Notes: generated by a model not told the origin, from the sequence alone. A DNA stretch of 63,877 nucleotides, filler included, from Reticulomyxa filosa (GCA_000512085.1; 20 parts of 20 records of this genome joined end to end with filler, not necessarily neighbours in it), one strand, 5' to 3'; numbered from the whole stretch's first letter, positions 24,825 to 39,572 are shown. Translations and numbers: made by a program.

Positions 24825-25191
24825 ATGTTGATTCAAGTAGAAGTCAAGGAAAAGATCATGTAATTCACAACATCAACACCTGTCAAATAGTGTCTGAAAT
24901 TGTGCGAACAACATTGAGTTCTCGAGGAATGGACAAATTGGTTTACACTCAAAATGGAAATATGACAATTTCAAATGACGGACGACAATAATTGATTTAT
25001 TGGACATTGTCCGAATGATAATCGACATTGCAATTGCCCAAGAAAATCAAGTTGGCGATGGCACGACATCGGTGGCCATTATCGCTGCAAAGTTGCTGAA
25101 GCAAGCAAAAGCATTTATCGAAGACGGTGTGTACCCACAGTTAATCATTAAAGCCTTCCGTAGAGCCCAAGAAGCAGTTACTTTCAATTGA
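24825..25191 (+). pseudogene. CCT7: Chaperonin CCT eta subunit N-terminal fragment, degenerate
   Basis: SQGKDHVIHNINTCQIVSEIVRTTLSSRGMDKL...TISNDG, then a frameshift, then IDIAIAQENQVGDGTTSVAIIAAKLLKQAKAFIEDGVYPQLIIKAFR. The conserved HPAA is lost. Confidence 0.8.
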
Positions 25192-25365
25192 TCTATTATT
25201 TTTTTTTTTTNNNNNNNNNNNNNNNNNNNNNNNNNNNNNNNNNNNNNNNNNNNNTTAATTAATTAANNNNNNNNNNNNNNNNNNNNNNNNNNNNNNNNNN
25301 NNNNNNNNNNTTTTAAAAAAACCCCCTTTTTTTTTTTTTTTTTTTTTTTTTTGAAGAGACTACTT

Positions 25366-26215
25366 TCATACACTGATGACACGAGGCACAGCAGCGACAA
25401 CAGTATCTGTGGCTTCTGGCAATTCATCAACAAGCTCACCAAAGTATTTACCAACTTCCCTCTGTGCAATCATATGTGCTTGATTTCCGGCCACAGCCCA
25501 GAATAGTTCATCCCTTTCCAAATCCGTTAAATTTGCACCTAGAGCATTCATGCGTGTTCCAAAATCGGTAATGGTGAGAAGTTTCTCGCCGACAGACAAT
25601 CTTCGACCATGCTTGTCGCGATTTGATTCTGAAATTGGTGTTAAGTCGTTATTGCTTTTGGTTTTGTCGCATAACATGGTCATCACAAACTATGGAAGAA
25701 AAAAAAAAGGAGATGTTCTAAAGGTTCCTCAAATCAGATTACACGTTAATGATGAAAAATGAAAGACAGACAAAAAAAAAAAAAAACGCACACACATACT
25801 TCTAGCTTTTGTTTCAAATTGATTTTGCGGGCAACAGCCTCAGTAAATGCAACTCGATCTAGATTTCCACTTCCATCTTCCATTTGCAAGACAACCAGTC
25901 CAGGGGTCAAATGAACAAAGTCTGCAAGCCGAGCGTTTTTTCCTTTACATAGTTGGAACGATCAAAAGTGGGGAACTTTTGCTGGATAAATTGTCCCAAG
26001 TCATACATTCGAATCCCCTCCACACCCGCTTTTTCGATGCGCGTTTTCATGTACACTTGCACATCTTTCATCAGCCTCTTCAAGTATTTGTCTTCCACTT
26101 CCAATTTCTGTTGCTTAATTTTCGGAACATATTCATGTTGTTCGTCGGTGGGCACTACTTTCAAGTATGTGCCATGCAAGCCAATGCTCTACTTTGGCGA
26201 CATGCATTGTGACAA
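25366..26215 (-). CDS. Internal fragment of a multi-exon gene with a LOTUS/OST-HTH-like domain
   Basis: GIRMYDLGQFIQQKFPTFDRSNY..KTL..L resembles the OST-HTH consensus LG..L.K..PDFD.RNYG. The contig is truncated at both ends and the frame breaks near 25907. Confidence 0.45.
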
Positions 26216-26440
26216 GTCCATACACATACACACACATACATACATACAAACACATTGTCCAGCGTTGGAAAAGAGCAAAGAAAAAAAAAAAAAAAAAAAA
26301 AGTAATAATAATAATANNNNNNNNNNNNNNNNNNNNNNNNNNNNNNNNNNNNNNNNNNNNTTAATTAATTAANNNNNNNNNNNNNNNNNNNNNNNNNNNN
26401 NNNNNNNNNNNNNNNNTATTTAATAGAAAAGTTACTAACT

Positions 26441-26782
26441 TTTGTTCGACATTCTTTCTTGTTGTTTATTTTAGGTGTTTCGTTTGTTATCTTGTATATC
26501 TAATCTCGCGCAAAATCACAATATCAGATATCTGAAAGTTTCAACTAGTAAAAAAGATTTTTTATCACGATAAAAAAAAAAATTTTACTAGTTAAAAAAA
26601 ATTTCTTTTTTTAGTAGTTTGAAAGTATTTTCTTTTTATCTTTGTCTTTGTTTCTGTTTTTGTCACAATCTTGTTGACGACAAAAATTGTTCATAATGGA
26701 ATATTAGCTTCGAACTTCTTTCAGATACTGCCAGATGTGCAGTATTTAGTTGTTCTGTGCTTGCCTTCCTTCAAAATACAAC
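26441..26782. repeat. Dispersed repeat A, inverted relative to 2459-2630
   Basis: Reverse-complement similarity to 2459-2630. Confidence 0.75.
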
Positions 26783-26828
26783 AGTTTATCTCGATGATGA
26801 AAGATGTTTAATTTTTGTTTTTATTATG

Positions 26829-27030
26829 TCAAATATCCAAGTTTCCTCGCTGTCTTGCCGTATATGTAATTAACTGCTTGAAATACGTCGTATTGGAATC
26901 AAGGAACAATCCGAGATACTTCACGTAATGCAATCCTTCAGGTTTGATTGCTTTAATGCAATTTCGTCTTTGGCATTGCATCTTATCAGCTGGTCCAATC
27001 AATGCCGGCAAATGGATACTTCATCCAGGC
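26829..27030 (-). mobile_element. LINE RT fragment
   Basis: YVKYLGLFLDS matches the non-LTR RT domain 7 KYLG motif. Confidence 0.6.
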
Positions 27031-27068
27031 TTTGTTGTAATAAAATAAAAAATAAAAAAAAAATTAAA

Positions 27069-27426
27069 TCCCCCTGAATCATCATTGACTAACTAAAAGT
27101 CAACAGGGGTAAATGCCTGCGCGAAAGGGAGTGGCAGAAATGCCAAAATACTTCCCATCATCGAGGCTAGGCATCTCATTTCACAAGCACACACCCGCCA
27201 AAAGTACGCGAGTAGCCGTAGCTACGAGCAAGTCCCGGAAAGAAACGAAAAGGCCCCGAAAGGCCAGGAAAGCAACGAAAAGGCCCCAAAGGCTCAGACT
27301 TCAACAAATTTTTGTTTATTTGTTTTATTTTCGGTGCAATAGTTTAATTTAAGTTTGTTAGTGGTGACTGATTTTGTTGACTTTCATGCACTTTAATTTA
27401 ATTGATATTTTATCATCGAAGCATAT
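27069..27426. repeat. Conserved structured element B, copy 2, with an internal ~30-bp tandem duplication at ~27237-27298
   Basis: Homologous to 3505-3828. Hairpins cccctg/cagggg, ttgact/agtcaa, atgcct/aggcat, tggca-gaaa-tgcca and gtagc-cgta-gctac. Confidence 0.75.
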
Positions 27427-29183
27427 AACATNNNNNNNNNNNNNNNNNNNNNNNNNNNNNNNNNNNNNNNNNNNNTTAATTAATTAANNNNNNNNNNNNN
27501 NNNNNNNNNNNNNNNNNNNNNNNNNNNNNNNTCCGGGTTTTTAAAAACCCGGAATTCAAACCCTTTCGGTTCCAACATAAGATATGTTTTAGTCGTTCAG
27601 TTTTCTTTGCAACCTACTGTAGTTTATTAGGTAAAAAACATAAATTTTTCAAAACACACATTCTTCATACTTCTTATACTTTGCAAAACAATCTTTTAGC
27701 CAAACTTACCTATAGTTTGTCCATACTTGATATTACAATGATCTCTTGATATTTCTTCTAATACTTTACTAACTAGATCTCTATTTTTTAATATTAACCT
27801 TTTCTTTGCTTCAATTGCTGTATATGATATAAAATATTCTAATCCATCCATGACAGTCGATTTAAACTTTTTAATTTTACTTTGAACTTTAACTATTCAC
27901 TTTCTTTCTACGTTTTGATTGAACTTTTAACTAATTTTCCTGGAATTTTCTTTTACGTATACTTGATTTTCGTCCATGAATTTCGTTTCTCAGTTTGTAC
28001 AATGATAGCGACGCTTTTAATTTGTTTGAACTATTTATATTAGTCATTCAAATTATTTTTTTGAACATGATCACTTACAATGTAGACAATGCAATCTCGT
28101 AAGTAAATGAGCAATTTCAATTTAGAATCATTACTATCTTTGATTGAAACTGTTGATATAAGTACTAACAATAAAACTTTTTGCAATAATTGAAGCAACT
28201 AACGTTTCTGGATTTGGACAACCTTAAATGTATTGAGTCTCTTCAAAACTTATCGTAGAACCTTTGAAATACTTTGTTTATCATTGCAGTTAATTAATAG
28301 AATATGAAATTTTATCTATATATGTAGTGTCAAGTTGTGTAGAAATATAATGTGAAATTTATTATAATGATATCAAGTAGGTATAATTGAAGTTATAGAA
28401 GAATAAAACATTTGTCACCATACAAAGCGCAAGGCCAGATAACGCCAATAACCTTATATTGAAAAATAGATACCAAACTATGACTGATTCAATCGTCATT
28501 TTATTTAATTTGAGTTTTCGAATTGTCCATTTACATCAATTATTGAGTTTGTCAAATATCGTATCTATAAAAAACTTGAAAGAGATCATAGTATATGTAA
28601 AAATTATAGATATATATTATTACTATCGTATTTGGGAAGCTATTAGAACGTATAATCACAATGATGTTAATATGGTAACCAATGAAAATAAATTATTACA
28701 TTACAGTCAATCTTGTTTTCAACTTCTTTTGAGAATCTTGGAACAATTCATGCTTCAATTGACAACAACTAAGTTACTTATGCCGCCATGTTAAATATTT
28801 GCAGCGTATGATATTGTATGTTGATACTGACTAAGCTACAAAATAAAAAACCAATTCGACAAACAGTATATAGCAAAAAAAACTGCAATAACTAAATGGC
28901 GTTATATGAAAAGAATCAATTTTCTCCATGAAAAACAAAGATTTAAAACCTAACTTTTTTTAAAAATATATATACTAATCTTGTAGTTTTTCTGATAATT
29001 ATCTTTATTGTCAATATTTATAATTTATATTTCAAAAATTGATATTTAAAATAGTGCAAATAAATTATTAAAATTTATAAAANNNNNNNNNNNNNNNNNN
29101 NNNNNNNNNNNNNNNNNNNNNNNNNNTTAATTAATTAANNNNNNNNNNNNNNNNNNNNNNNNNNNNNNNNNNNNNNNNNNNNT

Positions 29184-30991
29184 TCAAAGAACAAATAAAT
29201 AAACAAACAAAAGACCTTTGATATCCGGTTGCAAAAGAAATCCTCCTCGTTGTGGTTGTTTATTGGTGAGCAAGAAGATATAATGCAAACGCTTTGATTC
29301 ATTGAAAATGATCATTTCGGCAGGGATCTTCACTTCTTGTGTTGGTAAAGATTTGTGGATGTCTTTGTTGAACTCGCAGATAGTTTGTATTCGCAATGAG
29401 TAACCATTAGACGTTGGAGTCAATGGCATCCATACACTGTGACAAGTTAGCAATTTTTCAGAGGCTTTGGGATAGTTATCACTAAACTCAATTTCGTATC
29501 CAATTATTCCAATGCCTTGATAGGGCGAACTCCAACACATACATTTCGATGACTTGGAATTGTCGTTATAATAAAACAACCGGATTTGATTGGGCTGAGA
29601 AAGCTCAAATGTTTCTCCTTGCACAATTGTCGGAGGCGTTTTAAATATCACTGGCCAACTCTCTTCCGTTGCTTCATTGGTACTGCATTGTACTCCGCTT
29701 ATTGTCACCATATACTCTTCGTTCTCTTTCAATCCTATAATTTGACAACAGGATTCATTCTTCACTCGTGTGATCACTTCACCTTTGTGGTGGTTGTATT
29801 CACGAATGACATAGTCAATGGTCGTCTCGGTTGTCTTTTCATCAATTGGTGGAAATACTGCAGGTTTCCATCCCAAGTGGATCTCTGTTGGAAAAAACGT
29901 AGTGACGTGAGGGAATAAGGGTCGCAATGGCAAGCGCTGAAGACTGAGAGTGTGCTCAAAGTTTTTATGCGTTTTCGCACGTATTGTCGCTGTCCATGAG
30001 GACTCCAATTTCTTATCTATTTGTTGGAGATTGTTGATACTTGGCCACTCAAAACATGTTTGTACACATATTTCGTAAGACGTATCTTTCGATAATTCTT
30101 TTACAATAATGTAATTTTTGTTATTTTCTACTTTCAAATATTGCTTATTGTTTGCCACTTTTTCTTTGTCGCTTTGTTTCAGATCCTCTACATTGTCACT
30201 AGATGACAAGGGACTTATCACACAGACACTAAACCACCACATTTTTTGTGAGGTCATTTCGTACAATTGCAATTTCTCTTCATTGTACCTCTTCATATTG
30301 TTTTCAATGGCCTTTAATGAGTCATTCGTCATTTTCCAACAAAATATCAATTGTTCTGTCTCCACTCCAATCACTTTTGTTTCCACTGGCGTAAACTCCA
30401 CTTTTTTAAAAATTATTTGTTATTTGTCATTCACAGAGTGTTTTCTTTGTTTGTTTTATTCGAATTGTCGGTTATTTTGATTACATAAAAACTGACTCCA
30501 AATTTTTGTTATACGTACACATATATGTATATATGTATTTATATTATTTGCCTTTTGTTAGCAATGTTTGCAACAAAAAAAAAATTAATTGAGGGGAGAA
30601 AGACAGAGTTACCAATTTTTCGGACGAGGAATTTTTTGATGATCTTTGGAGTCGACTCATTTTCATCACTACTAGTTTCACTATCGGATTCATCTAGAAA
30701 CTCTTCTTGCAATGTACTATCATCTGATATTTGAACGTCTTTGCTCTCGTTGGCCAACATGGCATGGGCTTCTTTGAAAGAAACTAACTTCCATTTTACA
30801 TTCATTGTATAGTTGTCATCCATTATCCCTGGGAATTTAGTGCCAAATTGCACTTTTATTTGATTTACTACATCTTTGTATGTCACTTCTTTCAATGATC
30901 CCACGTTCAAATTTGTAAAGTGTATCATTTCATAATGACAATCAAATTTTGTTGTACAACTTCCATCATCCACATGTATTTCTATCATCAA
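29184..30991 (-). CDS. Fibronectin type III repeat protein, 3' truncated by the contig end
   Basis: Three FN3-like units (LIFCW..VKELSKDTSYEICVQT; IHLGWKP..YVI..IIGLKENEEYMVTISG; MCWSSP..IIGYEIEF..YSLRIQT). An upstream exon lies in ORF 30539-30991. Confidence 0.7.
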
Positions 30992-31996
30992 TCCTTTCTC
31001 GTCTGTTTCTTTTTTTGTTTGTTATATGAAGATATGTACATTCTTCTTTCACAAGTGACAAAAAAGGATCAAGTCAAACCAGATTGTTCCTCTTGGTTTT
31101 TTTCATCCATTCCAAGATTTTGGTAGTATTTGAAGAGAAAAAGGAATAACTTGAACTTAATTTATTTTTGTTTTATTGAAAATTCATTTCAATAACAAGT
31201 TACTTTCTTATTACATTTAAGTCACCACTATTCATAAATCAAAAACAAACTAGTTAGAATATCCAACAATTATCAGTCTATCATTTAGTTGGCCTTTATT
31301 TTACACTTTGCAACACTGCAGTTTTGAGTTTCATTATAAATTGCTGTAAACTTTAATAAAAAAAAAGAAAGATAACGATTAATTCACCTATTGAATGAAA
31401 CATGACAGATGACAACAATTTTTCACTTACTGGAATCTCGAAACTTGACCGACGTTTCTCCATACTTGCTCAAAAAAGGTAAAAAAATCCGAAATTATAT
31501 TTTGAATATTGAGTGTGTTGTTTTTTTTTTTGTGTTGTTAATGAACGTATTAAAATTTTAAAAAATGAATTATTGTTCATCAACAATTCAAAAATATTAA
31601 AATGTATTCACTGAAAATTGTGATTTTTTTTTTAAAGCGGCAACATTTCTATGGAAGAAAAAAATATGGAAGAGCAAAAGTAGACATAACAACACTCGTT
31701 AGGATAAAAAAGACAAAGGTTCTAAATTTTTCGGCCCAAGTCAAACTTTCCTTCATTAGTGCGGTAGCCAACAGGTGCGTCAAGATCTAAAAAAAAGAAA
31801 GCGTTTTGGAAAGATGTCACGTTATGCTGACTTTCCGAGTAGTTTGTATGGGACATATTCGGCGTATCCCGACAGATGGAATCGTCTGTTATCATTTTCT
31901 TTTTTGTTTTGTGTTGTCGGTGTTGTTTGCTTGCGTTTGTATGAAAAGGGATTTGTTTGAGTTGTGAGTTGCAACATTGAGTCGGTGTTTGTGTGT

Positions 31997-32370
31997 ATGT
32001 GTGAACTTTGGCGTCGATCAGAGGACAATGGATTAGGATACAAGACGGAAAGGCAAGAAGACCGAAGCCGACAAGGGTGCGAGCACAGATCAACAAAGAT
32101 GTGGAGCAACAATCATATGGAATCTCCTTACTCAGACAATCATCACTATATCCATCACAGCAACGACCATGGCCATAGTCACGATCACAGTCACAATCAC
32201 AGCCATAATCACAATCACAGTCATAATCACAATCACAGCCACAATTATAATCACAATTACGATTACAATGGTGAAACAATATCGTCCATTGCTTCCTCCC
32301 ATCTTTCTTACAACACTCGCTCTCGCAATATCTCCACTTCCACACGCTTTCGCCAGTTCTTTTTATCCTA
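31997..32370 (+). CDS. Partial gene with a His/Asn/Ser low-complexity repeat (HSHDHSHNHSHN)
   Basis: Open frame containing a 6/12-bp repeat at ~32170-32265; truncated by the contig end. Confidence 0.35.
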
Positions 32371-32382
32371 ATTATTGTTGTT

Positions 32383-32415
<33 letters not shown>

Positions 32416-32515
32416 NNNNNNNNNNNNNNNNNNNNNNNNNNNNNNNNNNNNNNNNNNNNTTAATTAATTAANNNNNNNNNNNNNNNNNNNNNNNNNNNNN
32501 NNNNNNNNNNNNNNN

Positions 32516-32939
<424 letters not shown>

Positions 32940-34112
32940 TTTTTACTTCTCTTTTTTCTTTGAGTTAAGACGACCGAAAAAGCACAAAGATTTTTTTAAG
33001 AAGAACATTCACTGTTGTTATACTGTTTTTGGTGAAATATTCCATTTGCATTTTCATTTTAAACATTAATAATTATAAACTTATTTATTTAAAAAAAAAG
33101 ATTGTGTTGTAATCTATAACAAAACCATATGCCCTGATCATTTTCAATATAAATAATCGTTATCTTGGACCAGATGATTGCATTATGCAAAACCTATCTA
33201 GGAAAGGATCCACATAAAGTTGACCGACATTTACGCCTCTAGGACTTATTATGACTACTAGTTGATAATATATTAGTTTTATTTTAATAGATATACTAAC
33301 AATATACTAACATAATATTAATAAAGAAAAAGAAAAAGTACATTAACACTTAATTAAATTAAAGTTGTTGCAAGTCTTGATGAAGGACAGTATGATAACA
33401 GATTGCATGCAGTACTTCATAAATTTTTGACACCAGAACTATTTTTAATTTTTTATCATGTTTTTGTAACGACAACACTCGTCATTCTTTTTTGAACACA
33501 CGCTCTCTTTTTTACTTTGAACTAGTTTCTTGACATTATGACAAATATCATTTTCCTTTTGTTAAAAAAAAGAAAGACAATAAGAAGTTAATAACTAGAT
33601 AAAACAACTGACAGTGTCTACAATTACAAAAAAAATTTTTTACTAAAATGTTTCCTTTTTACTATGAACGTTTTTTTTGCCAAACTTTTTTTAGGTTGTA
33701 ATTTGAAATTTATGTTTTATGTCATCAAAAAATAAAAATATTTTCAATTTAGAGGCCAAAAAGAATAAATGGAAACAGACATGTTTGACCGAGAGATTGA
33801 CTCCTGGTTTCCAAATACTAACTCAAAACACAAACAAAAAAGACGCTTGACCACTTTTATAAACGTTATACAGAAGTATGAAACAGCTCTTATTAGTACT
33901 TGCGTTTGTAGTCTTTTTATAATATTGGAAAGTTCCACAACGTTTATCTCTGTTGAGAAGTTGAGCACGTGCAGTTGTGTTATCAATATTTGATTGAAAT
34001 GAAGATAATCCCGCTAAAACGCTGCTCACAAGTGGAAATACGCTGAGGACTCACGGTATGGAACTTTTTTAGGGTATGCCAGATACTCTCGGGTGGCAAT
34101 GAATGAATAAGA

Positions 34113-34457
34113 ATGAATGAAGGTAGTTTTCAAGCACGTGGGACATTATTTATCTTAGATAATTGTGAATGGAGGCAATATTATGTGGTGATGGGGCTTG
34201 TGTCAGACGTGAAAACGCAGCGCATAATTCTGACAGCAAGATCGAAGAAGAGAAAGGAAGAAGAAGGCGAAGAAGAATTTGTATACCGTTTTAGGCCAGA
34301 AATACAGAACAAGGGGCCTCGAGCATACGTGATTCGAGTAGAATCAAGTGCCAAAAGTACAGAAAAGGAGACCATAGCGCTGAGATTTGAAACGGACAAC
34401 ATATCGAAAAAGTTTGAGCAATTTGTGAACACTTGGAAAGTGTCCCAAGCCAATTCA
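34113..34457 (+). CDS. RanBD/PH-fold domain protein, partial
   Basis: FQARGTLFILDNCEWRQ...RAYVI...ETIALRFETDNISKKFEQF parallels the RanBP1-type pattern RAKLFRFD..EWKE...AIRF...F...F. Confidence 0.5.
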
Positions 34458-34634
34458 NNNNNNNNNNNNNNNNNNNNNNNNNNNNNNNNNNNNNNNNNNN
34501 NTTAATTAATTAANNNNNNNNNNNNNNNNNNNNNNNNNNNNNNNNNNNNNNNNNNNNTTTTTTTTTTTTTTAAAAAAAAAAAATAATAATAATGAAAGTA
34601 GTGTTTAGAATGCAAGGAAAATAAGAACGAAACG

Positions 34635-34966
34635 TGTTCGTTGTAATCGTCTTTCGGACTGATTTGTTCTGGATCAGAATCACATCCACTTTTTTCACTT
34701 TTGTCTTCTCCGTGGTCTTCCTCTTCTTCGCTCAAATGGATTGTTGCTTCTGATCCACGGGCCTTTTCATTTTTTTGCACGTTTTTGGGGGCTTCTGTTG
34801 TCGTGAGGCTCGCTCCAGTCTTTGTCGACGGAGGGGCTCTTGTGTCCATGTCGTCTTTGTTTTTTGTGCCTTTGGTTTGTGCTTGCTCGCCATTCTCTTC
34901 TTCGACTATCTCGTCCAGCAGCTTTGACGTGTCTCGCTGTCTCGCGTGTCTTCGTGTACTAGTCAT
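34635..34966 (-). CDS. Hypothetical protein, first exon (acidic, disordered), truncated
   Basis: ATG after an A-rich leader, coding-like composition, followed by a GT donor and the contig end. Confidence 0.5.
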
Positions 34967-35599
34967 TTTTTTAAAGATTAATTATTACTCGCTTCAATTA
35001 AATAAAAGATTTTTTTCTTCCAAAAACAAATGTTTCGTTCCGGGTTTTTTTTTTTGGTAATATTTTTATTGTTGTTTTCCCCCTTTTGTTGTTTTAAAAA
35101 TCCGGGTAGCAGAAGAGAAATCGAGTTTTTTAAGTTCAGTGAATAACGTCATTGTATTACTTTGAAAACATTATCCAAAAAACTAAATGATGAAGAGCTT
35201 TAAATGAACTTTTTGATCCATATTAACAGCTTTGTACAATTTCGAATTGGAAATGTTTTGAGCGTGGAATCAAAAGACAAATGTGTTTTCGTTTGGAAAA
35301 CTTTATATTTCAAAATATGGACACAACCTTGTCATCGTTATTGTTGTTTTTTTAAAAAAAGAACAAAAAAGAAAAAAGCTGTTTTGTATAAATTTTTTTG
35401 GGTTAATTTTTCTTCACCTCAAAAAAAAAAAAAAAAGTGTGTCAACGTATCAACGAATAAGGGTTGGTTAAACAAGAACAAAGGTGATTTATTATTTTTA
35501 TTATTCCTCCCTCTTTTCAACGTGTATTGCATTTTAAAAAATGCGTTTTGCCTCTCCTCCCCTTCCCTTCCCTCCTTCCAAGCTATATAAAAATGGAAA

Positions 35600-36545
35600 T
35601 TACTCGAACAATGATCCTCTTTGAATAGAATTGAGCATATTTGTAATGCCTGGAAGAGACAATTAATTCTTGATATAACTTTGAGGTACACGACTGCAGA
35701 ACGTTTCCCAGCAGTTTCGTCTGCATCCTTGGTCACGAGGATTGTCCTTGGAAGCTCCATAGACTTGTCGAATCTGTTGCATTTGAGAGAAGACAGACAT
35801 CATTTATTTATTTGGCCATTTTGGAATCAACATAAAAACAAAAACAAAAACATAACATTTTCGTTAGTGGTTTGAGCAAGACAAATGAGTTGGCAATGAT
35901 ACAATGCCAGACTAGCAACCGACAAGAACACAAATCCAGTAATGACAGTAACAAAGCAAACCATTGGGTTCAAATACATTGCTCGAATGAACTCATCTGT
36001 CCATCGTCTGGCTGTTTTTTTATTTTTTTTAAAAAAAAGGGGTTTACCAAAAAAAAAAAAAAAAAATTTTTTTTTTGTTATCAAAAATGGTATAAAAAAA
36101 AAAAGGGGTCCATAAAAATTTTTTATTATTAAAAAAATGAACTTTCGCTGTCATCTCTTTTATTGGCGAGATCTTGAGCCAATTCGATCCAATAAGCCAA
36201 CCCAGTGACACAGCACCAAATGCACTCACTGGAAATGAAAAACAGGAACATTGCAAAGTGGCGATAGTTGCGATGGCCGACGCAGGTTCCGATCCAAGGG
36301 CAGTGATGATCAAATCCCATTACGCACGCATCGCAAAAGCGGCAATGCTTTGCGCGTGGCGGTCTCCAAATGCAGCACGTGTCGCAAAACCTGGACCCGT
36401 CGCTTCTGGTCATATCTTCTTGACTGTGAGGGATTGGCAAATTGCTTCGAGGAATGTACCCTGGGTCCATCCACGCGCAACGGTGCACAAAAAACAGCGT
36501 CAACCCCATCAACAGTCCAGCTATCACATCAACTGACCACTGCAT
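35600..36545 (-). CDS. DHHC palmitoyltransferase, 5' truncated; multi-exon
   Basis: [54 protein letters not shown] helices and QTTNEN, then after an intron [16 protein letters not shown]. The 3' end is approximate. Confidence 0.93.
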
Positions 36546-36727
36546 GTGCGCTCCTCTATTGTCACCATTTGCACATGCAATATAATAATAATAATAACAA
36601 TGACAATTAAAAAAACTACTTTAAAATATTTGCGTTTTTCCGACAAAAAAAAAAACTCATAAATAACATATACATTATATATACATATATATTATATATA
36701 TATATAATATATATGTATATTATATAC

Positions 36728-36767
<40 letters not shown>

Positions 36768-38028
36768 AACTAANNNNNNNNNNNNNNNNNNNNNNNNNNN
36801 NNNNNNNNNNNNNNNNNTTAATTAATTAANNNNNNNNNNNNNNNNNNNNNNNNNNNNNNNNNNNNNNNNNNNNCAACAAAAGGATTCGTGTTCCAAAGAA
36901 GTCGACATTTTGCAACAAGTTTTTTGTTATATGATTGTGTATATTTGTGTATGTAGACATCAACAACCTTTTTTTTTATAAAAAAAAAAGATAAATATCA
37001 ACTACAATGAATTGCTGCAAAATCACAATGTTGAAAATGATATTTGACTGATCAAATTGCTAAACACTTGATACACTTTTTTTGATCATGTCAAACCTTT
37101 GCGATTGGCCACTCAACTGCAAATCGCGTTTTTCAAAGATAATAATATTCTCAAACATGTTTATATATTTATTTATATACATATATAAATAAATAAAATA
37201 AGATTTTTTTTTTTGGTGTGCATATTATTGTGGCAAAAATAATAGTCAATGAGCAAAATTCGCATTTACATTCGTAACTAATATAATGCAACGCTTGTCA
37301 CCATTTCGAAAACAACACTGCTTTGATACTATATTCTGCCACTTCATTTGCATCACCTGTATCATCATATCACCCAATCTAAAAATCAAAACTAGTTATA
37401 TTTTCTCTTTTTTTTACTAGAGAAACTACATTAAAAAATTAAATTATATAAAAATTCGACTTGTTTCAAGTCCATTTCCAACAACAAATCCGACAACCCC
37501 TTTTTCTTTTTTAAAAGACCAGTTAGTTCTTTTGCTGTTGCTACAATGAACGATTCTATGATTCAACCACCCCACTAAAAACAATATGAACGATGTTAGA
37601 ATATAATACATCATAAAACAAAACGAAATAACAAGAAAACACAAAGCTAGTTTTCCCATTTTCCAGGCTGTTGCACATTGGAAGGACCAGACGAGCCATT
37701 TTGCGAGCTATCCAATGGACGAGAGGCTTGTAAAAGCCTACAGTCAATTTGATCGAGGATTTGAAAGTTTCAGTTTCCACCGTTTTCCACCAGAAGTTAA
37801 AAAATACGATACCAAAGTAAACTTTAAAATTGAGAAAGTAATTTTTTCTTGATTCTTACAAGAAAACTCTACACCACACCATAAATCTAAGTATCTGTTT
37901 TTATTTCGAATTAAATTAAGTTGTTTTTTCTTTTTTTCAAAAGACGCTCAAAACCTAACTACGAAAAAATCTTTGTAAACTTTAATATCATAATCAATAA
38001 TCGAGTAACACATAGAAGTGACTGTAGC

Positions 38029-38506
38029 ATGAGCGATTTAAAGGAGGAGAAAATGAAAGGAAAAGATCAAACTGGAGCAACTTCATTTTCTTTTGACCCT
38101 CATTCGTGCTTTGACAAGAACTGGATTTTGTATTTGAATAAAGAAGAGCAAATTAATCATTTTATTTGTTTAGTTTGCAATCAAGTTACCAGTAATCCGG
38201 TTGAAATTAATTGTCCTCAGCACGAAGATACAGATGAAATATTGATAGCGGGAGAGAATTGTTTGAAAAAGCTACTAATCAACAACAATAATACATGTCC
38301 AATTCAATTTCATGATGGTTGTCAATACTCTGTGATTAAATCAGTGAGGCAACTAATTAATGATATAACTGTAATGTGTCCAAGACAATTTCAACAAGAT
38401 TTACAACCATTTAAATATATGACAATGACATGTAATTTCAAAGGCAAAATAAAAGATCTAAACGATCATTTGAATAAATCATGTTGTTTGAGATTGTCAG
38501 AGTGTT
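38029..38506 (+). CDS. RING-variant plus TRAF-type zinc-finger protein (expanded family), truncated
   Basis: ICLVCNQV..NPVEINCPQH..GENCL..CPI..H..C..VMCPRQF..CNFKGKIKDLNDHL..SC; paralogous to 62567-63214. Confidence 0.7.
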
Positions 38507-39572
38507 NNNNNNNNNNNNNNNNNNNNNNNNNNNNNNNNNNNNNNNNNNNNTTAATTAATTAANNNNNNNNNNNNNNNNNNNNNNNNNNNNNNNNNNNNNN
38601 NNNNNNATTCATCATAATTTGATTGTTGCGTTTTCAATTAAAAAATGTATCATAATTTTATTTTAATGTTGTATTTCAATATTCCAAAAGTGTCAAATAT
38701 TTGTTGTCTTTTAGTTAGCATTAATGTCAGTAGTTTCAATGTTCACTAACTTATCACAAAAATAATTTTAACAAATTATAAACATTTAGCCAATTGATAA
38801 GATTAAAACAGAAGTCAACTTTTTGGACTGTATTGATGCCATATCCAACGTGACATAATGCTAAATTTCCAATAGATATTGTCCAATCCAAACGCGGTCC
38901 CATATTCAAAATATTCACTTGTGATACTTGAAATAAAAATACCGCTTGCATAAAAGGTTTATTTGTTTCTACGAATAGAGAAACTTTACACCTCCTTTAT
39001 GTATCACTTCTCCTTCTCCCTTTAAAGTGAACGTATCATGAACATTGGATTTTCTTGGCAAGCAAAAATACGCTTTTTTTAACTCGTGACATAATGCTGT
39101 CCTTTTTTATTTGAAAAACACGCTTATTCGCGTTTTTGGGGATTGTTCATTTGTGAAGTAAACTGAGTGATAACAAATAAAATACTAAAAGACAGAAGTT
39201 ATGTCAATATTCAAAATTATAAACGTGTGTTTTTGTTTACCTGTGTTTTTTGTGTTTTCACATGGGAAAAAAAACGACATGGCGGCATTGTTCTATAAAA
39301 ATTTATAAAATAAATTTGAAATAAATAACTAAAATTGAATAATAACAATTTAAAATAAACAAAGTGGAAAAGGTTGATTGTTTATGAAATGTCTTGCCAA
39401 AAACAAATGAGACAAACACATTAGTAAAAATATCTTTTCTAAACAAATATATAATTACATTAATGTTATTAATAGTTTGGGATTATATTAATAAAAAATG
39501 ATCATTTTAACCGTGATTTTGATTGGATTTGACGTCAAATGACTTTAAAAAACAGTTCGTGTCTGAAAAAGC

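Noticed and set aside
27113-27352. Lys/Arg-rich ORF resembling histone H1 or protamine
   Set aside because: It lies inside non-coding element B, its frame is not kept in the copy at 3505-3828, and the basic tract comes from a ~30-bp duplication.
31722-32345. Cys/Asp-rich metallothionein-like ORF on the minus strand
   Set aside because: It is the antisense reading of a 6-bp microsatellite-like His repeat.
36660-36773. Long (TA)n tracts and homopolymers at contig ends
   Set aside because: Ordinary microsatellites where the assembly broke; not telomeric or element termini.
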